Part shown: positions 45,416-54,275 of the stretch, piece after piece
Position numbering within the stretch: position 1 is the stretch's first letter
Layout of the letters: each line of letters begins with the position of its first letter
NCBI GenBank assembly: GCA_965225085.1
Contig: CBDDBE010000006.1
Location: 35,697 to 99,696, forward strand
Length of the DNA stretch: 64,000 nt
Source: an uncultured Candidatus Saccharibacteria bacterium
GTDB lineage: Bacteria; Patescibacteriota; Saccharimonadia; Saccharimonadales; EFPC-124
Reading direction: 5' to 3'
The notes under the pieces: generated by a model
Database searches by the model: none
What the model was told of the DNA's origin: nothing
Seen by the model: only the letters and a program-made list of their open reading frames with translations
Program-made: the position numbers and the translations under genes

Positions 45416-45517
45416 CCGTTCGTGCTATCTCTAGAGAAAGCTCGACCTTTCCGGGAGGAAGGGAGCGAGCTGCTTGCGAGCGGACTGTACTTTCGATGGA
45501 GATAGCAAGAACGATGG
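45416..45517 (+). other. nested RNA-structure element between the secreted-protein gene and pilM
   Basis: Outer stem CCGTTCGTGCTATCTC / GAGATAGCAAGAACG (one mismatch). It encloses GCTCG...CGAGC and a CCTTTCC-GGGA-GGAAGGG hairpin with a GNRA-type loop. Confidence 0.3.
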
Positions 45518-45529
45518 CGTATTAAAGTC

Positions 45530-45557
45530 TTTGCAGCCAAGTTGCTTATGCTATAAT
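45530..45557 (+). promoter_or_regulatory. pilM operon promoter containing the GCTTATGCTA motif
   Basis: TTTGCA, a 16-nt spacer, then TATAAT (45552..45557) with an extended TGC. ATG 45568 lies 10 nt downstream. Confidence 0.5.
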
Positions 45558-45567
45558 CAGAGGCAGT

Positions 45568-46608
45568 ATGAAGCTTTTTAGTTCGGTGGGCGAATTCTTC
45601 GCATTAGACATAGGCACAACCGCCGTTCGAGTAGTGCAACTCAAACGGAGCGGCGAGGGCTGGAGCTTGGTTAAATATGGCTCTGCACCAGTAGATATCA
45701 AGGTCGCGAGCAGCGATGCGCCAGACGATCAGCGCCGTTTGGGTGCTGCCATAAGCAGCCTGATATCACAGGCAGGCATCACCGAGCGAAATGTTGTGGT
45801 CGGTATCCCATCGAGCAAGATGTTTGCGACCGTTGTCGATCTTCCGAGTTTGCCACCTCAGGAGTTGGCCAGCACCATCAAGTACCAAGCCGAGCAGTTT
45901 ATCCCCATGGCTATTGACGAGGCCAAGATCGACTGGGCGGTGCTGGGCAAATCGCTGAGCGATCCGCAGAAGAACGAAGTGCTGCTAGCCAGCGTAGCGA
46001 ATAAGTTTAGCGAGGCGCGCTTGGACTTGGTTGAGGGAATTGGGCTGAACGTGATCGCGCTCGAGCCTGACTCAGTGGCGCTTGTTCGAGCCCTGGTCCC
46101 ACCGACTAATCAAGATGCGATGATGATTATCGATTTTGGTGATTTCACGACCGATTTGGTCGCGGTCTTGGGCGGTTCGCCGCGATTGATTCGCTCGATC
46201 CCTGTCGGATTGCAGACGCTCATCAAGGCCGCCACGCAAAACCTCAATATCGATGTCAACCAAGCTGGTCAGTTCATCATGAAGTTTGGGCTGCACCCTG
46301 ATCGGCTCGAAGGCCAAATCCTGAAGTCGCTCGATGCGACATTGGAGCAGTTTATCGTAGAGATCAACAAGTCGATCAAGTTCTTTCAGTCGCGTTATCC
46401 AAATGTCACTTTGCGTTACCTGATGGCATCTGGCTACACGCTGTCCATCCCGGCCTTTGGCGAATACATTGCCGGCAAGACCAACATTCAGACTGTGGCT
46501 GGAAACGCGTGGGGCAATGTACAGTATAGCCCTAACCTGCGTGACAATCTGATGCAGATTGCACCGCAATTTGGCGTTGCCGTTGGTTTGGCGGAGAGGG
46601 TCCTCTAG
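45568..46608 (+). CDS. pilM: type IV pilus assembly protein PilM
   Basis: 346 aa. Actin-like ATPase fold start FALDIGTTAVRVVQLK. Followed by pilN/pilO-like genes. Confidence 0.9.
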   Translation: MKLFSSVGEFFALDIGTTAVRVVQLKRSGEGWSLVKYGSAPVDIKVASSDAPDDQRRLGAAISSLISQAGITERNVVVGIPSSKMFATVVDLPSLPPQELASTIKYQAEQFIPMAIDEAKIDWAVLGKSLSDPQKNEVLLASVANKFSEARLDLVEGIGLNVIALEPDSVALVRALVPPTNQDAMMIIDFGDFTTDLVAVLGGSPRLIRSIPVGLQTLIKAATQNLNIDVNQAGQFIMKFGLHPDRLEGQILKSLDATLEQFIVEINKSIKFFQSRYPNVTLRYLMASGYTLSIPAFGEYIAGKTNIQTVAGNAWGNVQYSPNLRDNLMQIAPQFGVAVGLAERVL

Positions 46609-47313
46609 ATGATACAGCTAAACCTTTTGCCAGATATAAAGAAGGAATTTATCAAGGCGCAGAAAGTTCGCGCATTTGTGGTGAGCGGTTCTGTTCTGGT
46701 CACACTGGGCGCATTGGGCTTAAGCATCCTGTTCTTCATATATGTCACATTCATACAGCAGTTCCAGGTGACGCTGGCTACTAATGATATCAAGGACAAG
46801 ACTGGGCAGCTCAACGCTGTTCAGGACCTTAGTAAGTACCTGACCATCCAGAATCAGCTCGTCGCGCTGCCAGATCTGCATGCTAATAAGGGTCTGTACT
46901 CACGTTTGTTCACCTTCTTGCCAGTCCTGAATCCAAATTCTCCGAACAACGTCGCCCTGTCGCAACTGCAGGCATCGAGTGATGGTAAGGCGATCACCCT
47001 CACCGGCTCAACAGCATCGTTCCAGAGCCTGAATGTTTTTGTCGACACCTTGCATAATGCCATCGTGACCTTCAAGGATAGCTCGGGCCAGACGCAAACA
47101 TCCAAAATATTTGATACGGTCGTCGTACAGAACAGCGCCATCGATAAGTCCAATGGTCAGGGTGGCGTAGCGTTCACTATCAACACGACCTATAACGATC
47201 CCGTGTTCGACGCTCATAACACCAACCTGGCCGCATCGGTACCTAATATTCAGACATCACAATCTGTTACCGAGAGCCCTAAGCTTTTCGGCAGCCAGGG
47301 AGGTAATAAGTAA
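46609..47313 (+). CDS. pilN: PilN-like pilus assembly protein
   Basis: MIQLNLLPD start typical of PilN, a single TM helix, then a periplasmic-type domain. Confidence 0.72.
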   Translation: MIQLNLLPDIKKEFIKAQKVRAFVVSGSVLVTLGALGLSILFFIYVTFIQQFQVTLATNDIKDKTGQLNAVQDLSKYLTIQNQLVALPDLHANKGLYSRLFTFLPVLNPNSPNNVALSQLQASSDGKAITLTGSTASFQSLNVFVDTLHNAIVTFKDSSGQTQTSKIFDTVVVQNSAIDKSNGQGGVAFTINTTYNDPVFDAHNTNLAASVPNIQTSQSVTESPKLFGSQGGNK

Positions 47314-47999
47314 TGGCGCAGCAAGCCCCTAAGTCAGCAACCAGCGCAGGCCTGAAGAAGCGTCAGCTTATTGCTAACGCTAACCAATCGATGTTTGTCT
47401 GGGTAGCAATTGCCTCTGTAGCGGTGTCGGTGTGTATCGTATCGGCGCAGTTCCTGGTGCAAAAATGGGACTACACCAACCACATCCTGGGCGCCAAGTA
47501 CAAGGCAGCCGACCAGCTGAAGAAGAATATAACCAGCGCCAAGCAACTTCAGGATGCGGTCAATGCGCTGGTCAGTAATAACGACCTCGCCTCGGTCAAG
47601 ACCGTACCAAGCGACCCAAACACTAAAAGCATCCTTGACGCTTTGCCTAGTAAATTCGACCCGACAGCATTTGCTACGTCGTTGCAGCAGGCTATTCTGA
47701 ACCGATCAGGCGTGACAATTGAAGGCATTAGTGTTCCGAGCGATCAAGCCCCAGACACAACCACGGGCGACACGACGGCCGATCCCACGCCACAAGAAAT
47801 GAAGTTCAGCGTGACGGTCAATGGCAGCTATGACAAGATTCGCAATATGATGCTCGACTTCGAGCGCACTATCCGTCCAATAAAGATTACGGCTATTACA
47901 CTGGATGGCAACGATGCAGCCATGAACGCGACTATCAGCGGCGTGACCTACTATCAGTTGTCTAAATCTGCCGATGTAAAACAAGGGGCGGTTAAGTAA
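47313..47999 (+). CDS. PilO-like pilus assembly protein
   Basis: 228 aa. One TM helix then a coiled-coil-like segment. Assigned by position after PilN and by TAATG coupling. Confidence 0.55.
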   Translation: MAQQAPKSATSAGLKKRQLIANANQSMFVWVAIASVAVSVCIVSAQFLVQKWDYTNHILGAKYKAADQLKKNITSAKQLQDAVNALVSNNDLASVKTVPSDPNTKSILDALPSKFDPTAFATSLQQAILNRSGVTIEGISVPSDQAPDTTTGDTTADPTPQEMKFSVTVNGSYDKIRNMMLDFERTIRPIKITAITLDGNDAAMNATISGVTYYQLSKSADVKQGAVK

Positions 48000-48241
48000 T
48001 GAAAAAGAACGATATCGCATTGATTGTCCTAATCGTATCTATCAGCATGGTCGTAACCTACTTTATCGGGAGGGCGATTATCGGCGACCCGAAAAAGCAG
48101 CAAACAACCGCCGAAGTCGTAGAGCCTATCACGCCTGATCTCGTTACACCGTCCAACCAGATATTCAACCGTGACGCCATTAACCCGACGGTGGTCATTC
48201 AGATAGGTAACCCGTCCAATCAACAGCCATTTAGCCAGTAA
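47999..48241 (+). CDS. small single-pass membrane protein of the pilus operon
   Basis: 80 aa. N-terminal TM helix IALIVLIVSISMVVTYFIG. Translationally coupled (TAATG). Confidence 0.5.
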   Translation: MKKNDIALIVLIVSISMVVTYFIGRAIIGDPKKQQTTAEVVEPITPDLVTPSNQIFNRDAINPTVVIQIGNPSNQQPFSQ

Positions 48242-48252
48242 AGGGCTCATGC

Positions 48253-50040
48253 GTGAGCATTCTAACTGACGAAAACCAAAAAAAGCTCGAAGCGCTCCTT
48301 GTGAAAGAGGGCTTGGTTAAGCGGGCCCAGCTGACGAGTTACGAACAGCGTGCAGCCCAAACTGCCAAACCGCTATTTAGCCTACTGGTCGAAGAAAAAG
48401 TAATCAGCAACGAAGAGCTTACGAAATCGATCGCAACGGTTTCTGGCGTGCCGTATGTGAACCTGAGCGCGGCGCTGGTGGACCAGCATGTGTTGGATTT
48501 GCTGCCACGTGATGTGGCGGAACGCTTTATGGCCGTGCCGCTGGGCGAAGTCCAGAATCGCCTGGCCGTCGCCATGTTGGACGCCAACAACGTGCAGGCA
48601 GTTGACTACCTGGCCAACAAGATCAATCGTCCGCTGAAGGTCTACATGGCCTCCGAAGAGGGTGTACGGCATGTTCTGGAACAGTATCGTACGAACCTAG
48701 CCGAAGGTGTGAGCGCGGCAGTCAAATCGGTTCAAACCGAGGAGGAAGCGTCGCATCTGGACAAGAACGGCGACAAGATCGTCGACATCAAGACCATCGT
48801 CCAGGATTCGCCTATTAGCCGAGCGCTCAGTACCATCATGGAGTATGCTGCCCGTGCCCGTGCATCGGACATTCATATCGAACCACTCGAAAATTCGCTC
48901 CGCATCCGGTGTCGTATTGACGGTGTGCTGCGCGAGATTATGAAGCTGCCCAAAACGATCGAGCCGGCCTTGATTTCACGTATCAAAATCCTGAGCAACC
49001 TCAAGATTGACGAACACCGTATTCCGCAGGATGGTCAATTTGCCATTCACGTCGCGGGCAAGGACATTGACCTGCGTATTGCCATCAGCCCAGTGGTGTG
49101 GGGCGAGCAGGTAATTATTCGTTTGCTGGACAAGACCGGTACGAGCTTTCAGCTTGAGTCTATGGGCTATGCTGGCCGCGCCTTGCGCGCTATTCGCAAG
49201 GGCATCAAAAAGCCCAACGGCATGGTGCTCACCAGCGGACCAACTGGTTCTGGCAAATCGACTTCGTTATACGCGCTGGTTCAGGAGATCAAGAGCGATG
49301 CCATCAACATCGTGACATTGGAAGACCCCGTGGAGTACAAGATGGAGGGCGTCAACCAGATTCAGGTGAACGCTGATGTTGGGTTGACATTCGCAACGGG
49401 GCTGCGATCTATCCTGCGCCAGGACCCGAACGTTGTTCTGGTGGGTGAGATTCGTGACGCCGAGACCGCAAACCTGGCCGTCCAGGCGTCGCTAACCGGA
49501 CACTTGGTATTTAGCACCCTGCACACCAACTCAGCGGCTGGCGTGCTGCCTCGTTTGCTCGATATGGGTATTGAGCCATTCCTTATTGCCAGCACGGTCA
49601 ACACGGTAATTGGGCAGCGCCTGGTGCGTCGTATCTCCGACGAGCGCGATACCTATCAGAGCAGCGAGCTAGAAACCCAGACCATCCATGATACGATTGG
49701 GCATCTATTGCCACGCGACAAGGCGAGTGTGGCTGCTATATCGGCCGACTTGGGCTATAAAGACTTGCCGCTGGCCGGTCAAAAAGCTTATACTTTGGTC
49801 AAGGGCAAAGATACGCCAGCAACGCCGGGAGGCTACAAGGGGCGAGTCGGACTTTACGAAGTCATGGATGTTACCGAGGAGATCCAAGGGCTCATTGTCA
49901 AGCATTCGACCAGCGCCGAGATTCAGAATATGGCAATGAAGCAGGGGATGATCACCATGCGCCAGGATGGTTACCTCAAAGCCCTTCAGGGGCTGACAAC
50001 ACTCGAAGAAGTTAACCGCGTCGCGGCAAACATGGCATAA
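48253..50040 (+). CDS. pilB: type IV pilus extension ATPase PilB (GspE family)
   Basis: 595 aa. N-terminal GSPII-type domain, Walker A SGPTGSGKSTS, Asp box, and Walker B/His box (VVLVGEIRD...TGHLVFSTLHTN). Confidence 0.93.
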   Translation: MSILTDENQKKLEALLVKEGLVKRAQLTSYEQRAAQTAKPLFSLLVEEKVISNEELTKSIATVSGVPYVNLSAALVDQHVLDLLPRDVAERFMAVPLGEVQNRLAVAMLDANNVQAVDYLANKINRPLKVYMASEEGVRHVLEQYRTNLAEGVSAAVKSVQTEEEASHLDKNGDKIVDIKTIVQDSPISRALSTIMEYAARARASDIHIEPLENSLRIRCRIDGVLREIMKLPKTIEPALISRIKILSNLKIDEHRIPQDGQFAIHVAGKDIDLRIAISPVVWGEQVIIRLLDKTGTSFQLESMGYAGRALRAIRKGIKKPNGMVLTSGPTGSGKSTSLYALVQEIKSDAINIVTLEDPVEYKMEGVNQIQVNADVGLTFATGLRSILRQDPNVVLVGEIRDAETANLAVQASLTGHLVFSTLHTNSAAGVLPRLLDMGIEPFLIASTVNTVIGQRLVRRISDERDTYQSSELETQTIHDTIGHLLPRDKASVAAISADLGYKDLPLAGQKAYTLVKGKDTPATPGGYKGRVGLYEVMDVTEEIQGLIVKHSTSAEIQNMAMKQGMITMRQDGYLKALQGLTTLEEVNRVAANMA

Positions 50041-50057
50041 TCAGGATAGGGGTGGAA

Positions 50058-51137
50058 ATGGCAACGACAGGCACACAACAATTACGCATCGAAATACTGC
50101 TCGAAGAAGTTATCAAAAGGCGCGGGAGCGACCTGCATGTTCAAGTTAGCCTGCCGCCAATGCTACGCGTCGATGGCAAGTTGGTGCCGATTGCCGGCTA
50201 TGGTCCGCTAAATGAAGAGCACGTCGAGACGCTCATATTTGCCATCTTGGACGAAGAGCAGAAGCAGATTCTGCTAAAAGACAAAGAATTTGACTTCAGT
50301 TTTGCCTTTGGCGACCTAGGGCGATTCCGCGTCAATGCCTTTCACGAACGAGGCAACTTGGCTGCTGCACTGCGTTTGATTCCTAACGAGATCAAGACTA
50401 TCGCTGAGCTTGGACTGCCAACAGTCGTGACGAACTTCGCGAACTATCCACGCGGCCTGGTGCTAGTGACCGGCCCGACCGGTTCGGGCAAGTCTACGAC
50501 GCTAGCGGCATTGATAGACCAGATCAACACCGAGAAAGCACATCACATCATCACTATCGAAGACCCGATTGAGTTTACGCACAAGTCCAAGCAGTCGGTG
50601 ATCGTCCAGCGCGAGGTCCACTACGATACGTATAGCTTTAGCGCGGCACTTCGATCCAGCCTGCGTGAGGATCCCGACGTCGTGTTGATCGGTGAGATGC
50701 GCGACCTCGAGACCATCAGCGCAGCTATTACGATTGCTGAGACAGGGCATTTGGTATTTGCGACCCTGCACACCAACTCCGCATCGCAGTCCATCGACCG
50801 CATGGTTGATGTTTTCCCGCCACATCAGCAGCCCCAGATTCGCTCCCAGCTGGCCAATATTCTGATGGCTATCTGTTCGCAGCGACTGGTTCCGGCAATT
50901 GGCGGGGGACGGATTGCAGCCGCTGAGCTACTCATTGCATCGCCAGCCGTCCGAAATATCATCCGCGAGGGCAAGAGCCACCAGCTGGACGCCGTCATCC
51001 AGACCGGCGGTGACCAGGGCATGCAGTCTATGGACAAAACCCTCGTCGGGTTGGTCCAGGCCGGCACCGTGACGTACGATGAAGCGCGCAACTACGCAGT
51101 CGACATGAACGAGTTCGAGAGGATGATGCGGGGCTAA
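50058..51137 (+). CDS. pilT: twitching-motility retraction ATPase PilT
   Basis: About 359 aa. Walker A TGPTGSGKSTT, GEMRD...TGHLVFATLHTNSA, and AIRNIIREGK-type motif (PAVRNIIREGKSHQ). ATG 50058 follows AGGATAGGGG. Confidence 0.93.
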   Translation: MATTGTQQLRIEILLEEVIKRRGSDLHVQVSLPPMLRVDGKLVPIAGYGPLNEEHVETLIFAILDEEQKQILLKDKEFDFSFAFGDLGRFRVNAFHERGNLAAALRLIPNEIKTIAELGLPTVVTNFANYPRGLVLVTGPTGSGKSTTLAALIDQINTEKAHHIITIEDPIEFTHKSKQSVIVQREVHYDTYSFSAALRSSLREDPDVVLIGEMRDLETISAAITIAETGHLVFATLHTNSASQSIDRMVDVFPPHQQPQIRSQLANILMAICSQRLVPAIGGGRIAAAELLIASPAVRNIIREGKSHQLDAVIQTGGDQGMQSMDKTLVGLVQAGTVTYDEARNYAVDMNEFERMMRG

Positions 51138-51302
51138 GGCTATCTCGCTAACTAATTTTTGGATGTCAAATATGATCAGAAACGAGCGAAAACTACAAAA
51201 TCGAATGAGGCATAGCCGGGAGCTACGCCGAGTGAGATTTTGTGGGCTTGGAGCCATTTCTGGCGTATTTGAAGCCAAAGGATTAGATAGGGAGATGGCC
51301 TA

Positions 51303-52514
51303 ATGCTGACATTCGATTACACAGCGCGGGATACAGGCACCAACAAAGTTGTTCGTTCGACCGTCCAGGCCGAAAGTGAACGCGCCGCCGCCAAGCTATT
51401 GATGGGGCAGGGGATTATTCCGCTGGACATTATCGAGCAGGGCAAGCGGTCTAACTTGCTGGCTAAGTTTACCAACCGCGTGAAGGCTAAGGACCGAATT
51501 ATCTTCACTAGGCAGCTGGCTACGCTGATAAACGCGGGCTTGCCATTGGCCCAAAGCCTACGTACGCTCCAGGCCCAAACCGAGAACAAAGGCATGATTG
51601 CGGTCATCAATGATATCATCGGCTCGATCGAAGGCGGTAGCGCCCTGTCGCAGGCTTTTGGCAAGCACCCCGACGTCTTTGACGAGGTGTATCTGGCGCT
51701 TATCGCTGCCGGAGAGACGTCTGGAACGCTTGATCAAGCGCTTGAGCGTATTGCGAATCAGCAGGAGAAGGACGCCGAGCTGCTGGGCAAAGTGCGCGGT
51801 GCGATGGTCTACCCGGGAATTGTGCTGGTGGTGATTGGTGGCGTGATTGGGTTCATGCTGTTTACCGTGATGCCGCAGATCGAGCGTTTGTACCACGACC
51901 TGAAGAAGTCTCTTCCCTGGACCACACAGATACTTGTGACGTCAGCGAGCTTTGCAACTAAGTATTGGTGGCTGGTGATCTTGGTGCTGGTTGCGGGTAT
52001 CTATTTTCTTCGAAGGTACGTCCAAACCGACAACGGTCGGGAGGTTATAGACGTTCTGAAGTTACGGCTACCATTGTTCGGAACGATGTTCCAGAAGTTG
52101 TATATGGCGCGCTTTGCTCGTACGGGGCAGACGCTCCTGAGCACCGGCGTGCCAATGCTCGAGATGATGCGTATTAGCTCGCGTTCGGTCAACAACCGAG
52201 TCGTCGCGCGTTCGCTGGACAAAGCGGCCGAGAAGGTCAAAGGCGGCAAGGCGCTGTCCCTTGCGCTGAAGGATGACGATAATATTCTGCCACTGGTCCC
52301 ACAGATGATCGGCATTGGCGAGCAGTCTGGTGGTATCGACAAGATGATGGGCAAGGCTGCAAGCTACTACGAAGACGAACTGGACAATACGATTCGTTCG
52401 ATCAGTACTGCCATTGAGCCGATTTTGATGGTTGTGTTGGCTATCGTGGCGGGGTTTATGGTCGCGGCGATTTTGCTTCCGGTGTACAGCTTGGTAGACA
52501 CGTCGTCCTTGTAG
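51303..52514 (+). CDS. pilC: type IV pilus platform protein PilC
   Basis: 403 aa. Duplicated GspF-type domains and three TM helices. SD GGGAGA. Confidence 0.92.
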   Translation: MLTFDYTARDTGTNKVVRSTVQAESERAAAKLLMGQGIIPLDIIEQGKRSNLLAKFTNRVKAKDRIIFTRQLATLINAGLPLAQSLRTLQAQTENKGMIAVINDIIGSIEGGSALSQAFGKHPDVFDEVYLALIAAGETSGTLDQALERIANQQEKDAELLGKVRGAMVYPGIVLVVIGGVIGFMLFTVMPQIERLYHDLKKSLPWTTQILVTSASFATKYWWLVILVLVAGIYFLRRYVQTDNGREVIDVLKLRLPLFGTMFQKLYMARFARTGQTLLSTGVPMLEMMRISSRSVNNRVVARSLDKAAEKVKGGKALSLALKDDDNILPLVPQMIGIGEQSGGIDKMMGKAASYYEDELDNTIRSISTAIEPILMVVLAIVAGFMVAAILLPVYSLVDTSSL

Positions 52515-52581
52515 TACTCGGCTAGATATATTATAGTAGTCTTTTGTCGAGTTCCGTCCTCTGATACTGAAGGGAGGTGTA

Positions 52582-52725
52582 ATGCCTCGTAGGTGGAAGG
52601 GCGAGTGGTTCCAAAGCGGACGGTCAGGTGCTCACAAGAGCCGTCATGGAAAGGGCCGTGGGCGCAGTAGTCGCGGCAACCGTAGCCAAGCAACGCCACC
52701 CAAGCGTCAGAAGCCCAGGAAGTGA
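52582..52725 (+). CDS. 47-aa highly basic protein, not in ORF track
   Basis: Hand translation: MPRRWKGEWFQSGRSGAHKSRHGKGRGRSSRGNRSQATPPKRQKPRK*. A strong SD GGGAGG lies 5-6 nt upstream, a TATAGT-like -10 sits further up, and a textbook terminator follows immediately. Confidence 0.5.
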   Translation: MPRRWKGEWFQSGRSGAHKSRHGKGRGRSSRGNRSQATPPKRQKPRK

Positions 52726-52732
52726 CTCCACC

Positions 52733-52765
52733 CCCCGCAGCTAGATTGATTGCTGCGGGGTTTTC
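52733..52765 (+). terminator. rho-independent terminator
   Basis: CCCCGCAGC / GCTGCGGGG 9-bp stem followed by TTTT. Confidence 0.8.
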
Positions 52766-52798
52766 CTTAGAAAAACAGCAGCTTGTACGCGAAAACTC

Positions 52799-52826
52799 TT
52801 GCCAATGTTGCCGTCTCGGATATAAT
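52799..52826 (+). promoter_or_regulatory. pilin promoter
   Basis: TTGCCA, a 16-nt spacer, then TATAAT (52821..52826). It lies 47 nt upstream of the pilin ATG, which has SD AAAGGGTG. Confidence 0.6.
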
Positions 52827-52873
52827 CATAAGCAGTATATCAGCAAACAACTCTGGTAAAGAAAGGGTGTGGA

Positions 52874-53350
52874 ATGAATAGTATTAACAAGCCTAAAACA
52901 CAAGGTTTCACGATCATCGAGGTCGTACTGGTCCTTGCTATCGCGGGTTTGATCTTTTTGATTGTATTCTTGGCATTGCCAGCTCTTCAGCGATCGCAGC
53001 GTGATACGCAGCGCAAGCAAGATGTCTCGCGTTTTATGTCTCAGCTAACGCAGTACCAAAGTAATCACCAAGGCTCAATTCCAGCCGGTACAGGTGTGGG
53101 TGCCTGGAACGCCGCATTTGTGTCGGCGTACCTAACAAATGGTGGTCAGACCTTCAACGACCCTCAGACGGGTACGCAGTATACAGTGAATGTCTACACG
53201 ACGGCAGCCACGCTACCAACAGCAGCTGGTCAGTTGTACGCATATACTGGCTATACTTGTAACGCTGGTACGCTTACGGCTAGCACGGGCCGAAGCGTTG
53301 CAACGCTCATCTTCCTGGAGCAGGGTGGCACGATCTGTCAGAATAACTAG
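52874..53350 (+). CDS. pilA: major type IV pilin
   Basis: Prepilin leader MNSINKPKTQG|FTIIEVVLVLAIAGLIFLIV, with Glu at +5. Two C-terminal Cys residues form a disulfide-loop pattern. Own promoter and terminator. Confidence 0.9.
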   Translation: MNSINKPKTQGFTIIEVVLVLAIAGLIFLIVFLALPALQRSQRDTQRKQDVSRFMSQLTQYQSNHQGSIPAGTGVGAWNAAFVSAYLTNGGQTFNDPQTGTQYTVNVYTTAATLPTAAGQLYAYTGYTCNAGTLTASTGRSVATLIFLEQGGTICQNN

Positions 53351-53369
53351 GCTCGCTCGTAGCCACGCA

Positions 53370-53404
53370 AAAGTAGCCTTGCCACCAGCAGGGCTACTTT
53401 TATT
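53370..53404 (+). terminator. rho-independent terminator after pilin
   Basis: AAAGTAGCC / GGCTACTTT stem running into a T-rich tract. Confidence 0.75.
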
Positions 53405-53432
53405 ATGGACAGTTAGCTGGTAGCATAAGTGC

Positions 53433-54242
53433 ATGATGTTTGTGGTTGTGCTTTGTTTGGTGTTGCTGGGGCTAATGCTCGGCAGCTTTGTGGGGGCTAT
53501 GACGTGGCGCCTGCACGTGGGTAAGGATTTTGTGAACGACCGTTCCGAGTGCGAGCACTGCCACCACAAACTGTCTGCCTTGGACCTTGTGCCATTGCTT
53601 AGCTGGTTGACGCTGCGAGGTAAATGCAGGTACTGTGGCAAGCCGATAGGGTGGACGGCTCCGGCATTGGAGCTGGCAATGGCTTCTCTGTTCGTGACTT
53701 CGTATTATATGTGGCCGCTCTCGCTCGATACATGGCAGTCGCAGACCTCGTTCGTGCTGTGGCTGGTCTACCTGGTGGGGCTAGTAGCGCTGTTGGTGTA
53801 CGACCTACGCTGGATGCTCCTGCCAAATGTTATTATTTTCCCGCTAATAGGGGTTGCGATAGCAGAATCGATGGTCCGGTATCAGATCCAGGTTGGCCTA
53901 AGCCCGATGGACTACCTGCAGTCAGTTGTGTTCGGCGTCGCGACAATTGCCGGGCTGTATTGGGTGCTATATACCGTTAGCCGCGGCAGGTGGGTCGGCT
54001 ATGGCGATGTAAAGCTGGGGATATTTATGGGTATTGCACTCGGGTTTCAGCGGTCGCTTCTGGCGCTTTTCTTGGCGAATATTATAGGGTTTGTGATTGT
54101 TCTACCTGGGTTGCTGTCGGGTAAGCTCAAGCGTACCAGCCGGGTGCCGTTCGGGCCGTTTCTGATTGTGGCGTTTATGATATCGTTCTTGTTCGGAGAT
54201 CGGATTATTGCCTGGTATTTGCATTTTATTTTCCTGCAATAA
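53433..54242 (+). CDS. pilD: prepilin peptidase / N-methyltransferase PilD
   Basis: 269 aa. N-terminal Cys pairs CEHCHHKL...CRYCGKPI, catalytic Asp contexts GYGDVKL and the C-terminal GPFL. TAGCAT ends 6 nt before the ATG. Confidence 0.92.
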   Translation: MMFVVVLCLVLLGLMLGSFVGAMTWRLHVGKDFVNDRSECEHCHHKLSALDLVPLLSWLTLRGKCRYCGKPIGWTAPALELAMASLFVTSYYMWPLSLDTWQSQTSFVLWLVYLVGLVALLVYDLRWMLLPNVIIFPLIGVAIAESMVRYQIQVGLSPMDYLQSVVFGVATIAGLYWVLYTVSRGRWVGYGDVKLGIFMGIALGFQRSLLALFLANIIGFVIVLPGLLSGKLKRTSRVPFGPFLIVAFMISFLFGDRIIAWYLHFIFLQ

Positions 54243-54253
54243 CAACACTCAAC

Positions 54254-54267
54254 GCTTATGCTATAAT
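54254..54267 (+). promoter_or_regulatory. minor-pilin operon promoter containing the GCTTATGCTA motif
   Basis: GCTTATGCTATAAT, with TATAAT at 54262..54267 ending 8 nt before ATG 54276 (leaderless-type). Confidence 0.5.
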
Positions 54268-54275
54268 TCAGATAA

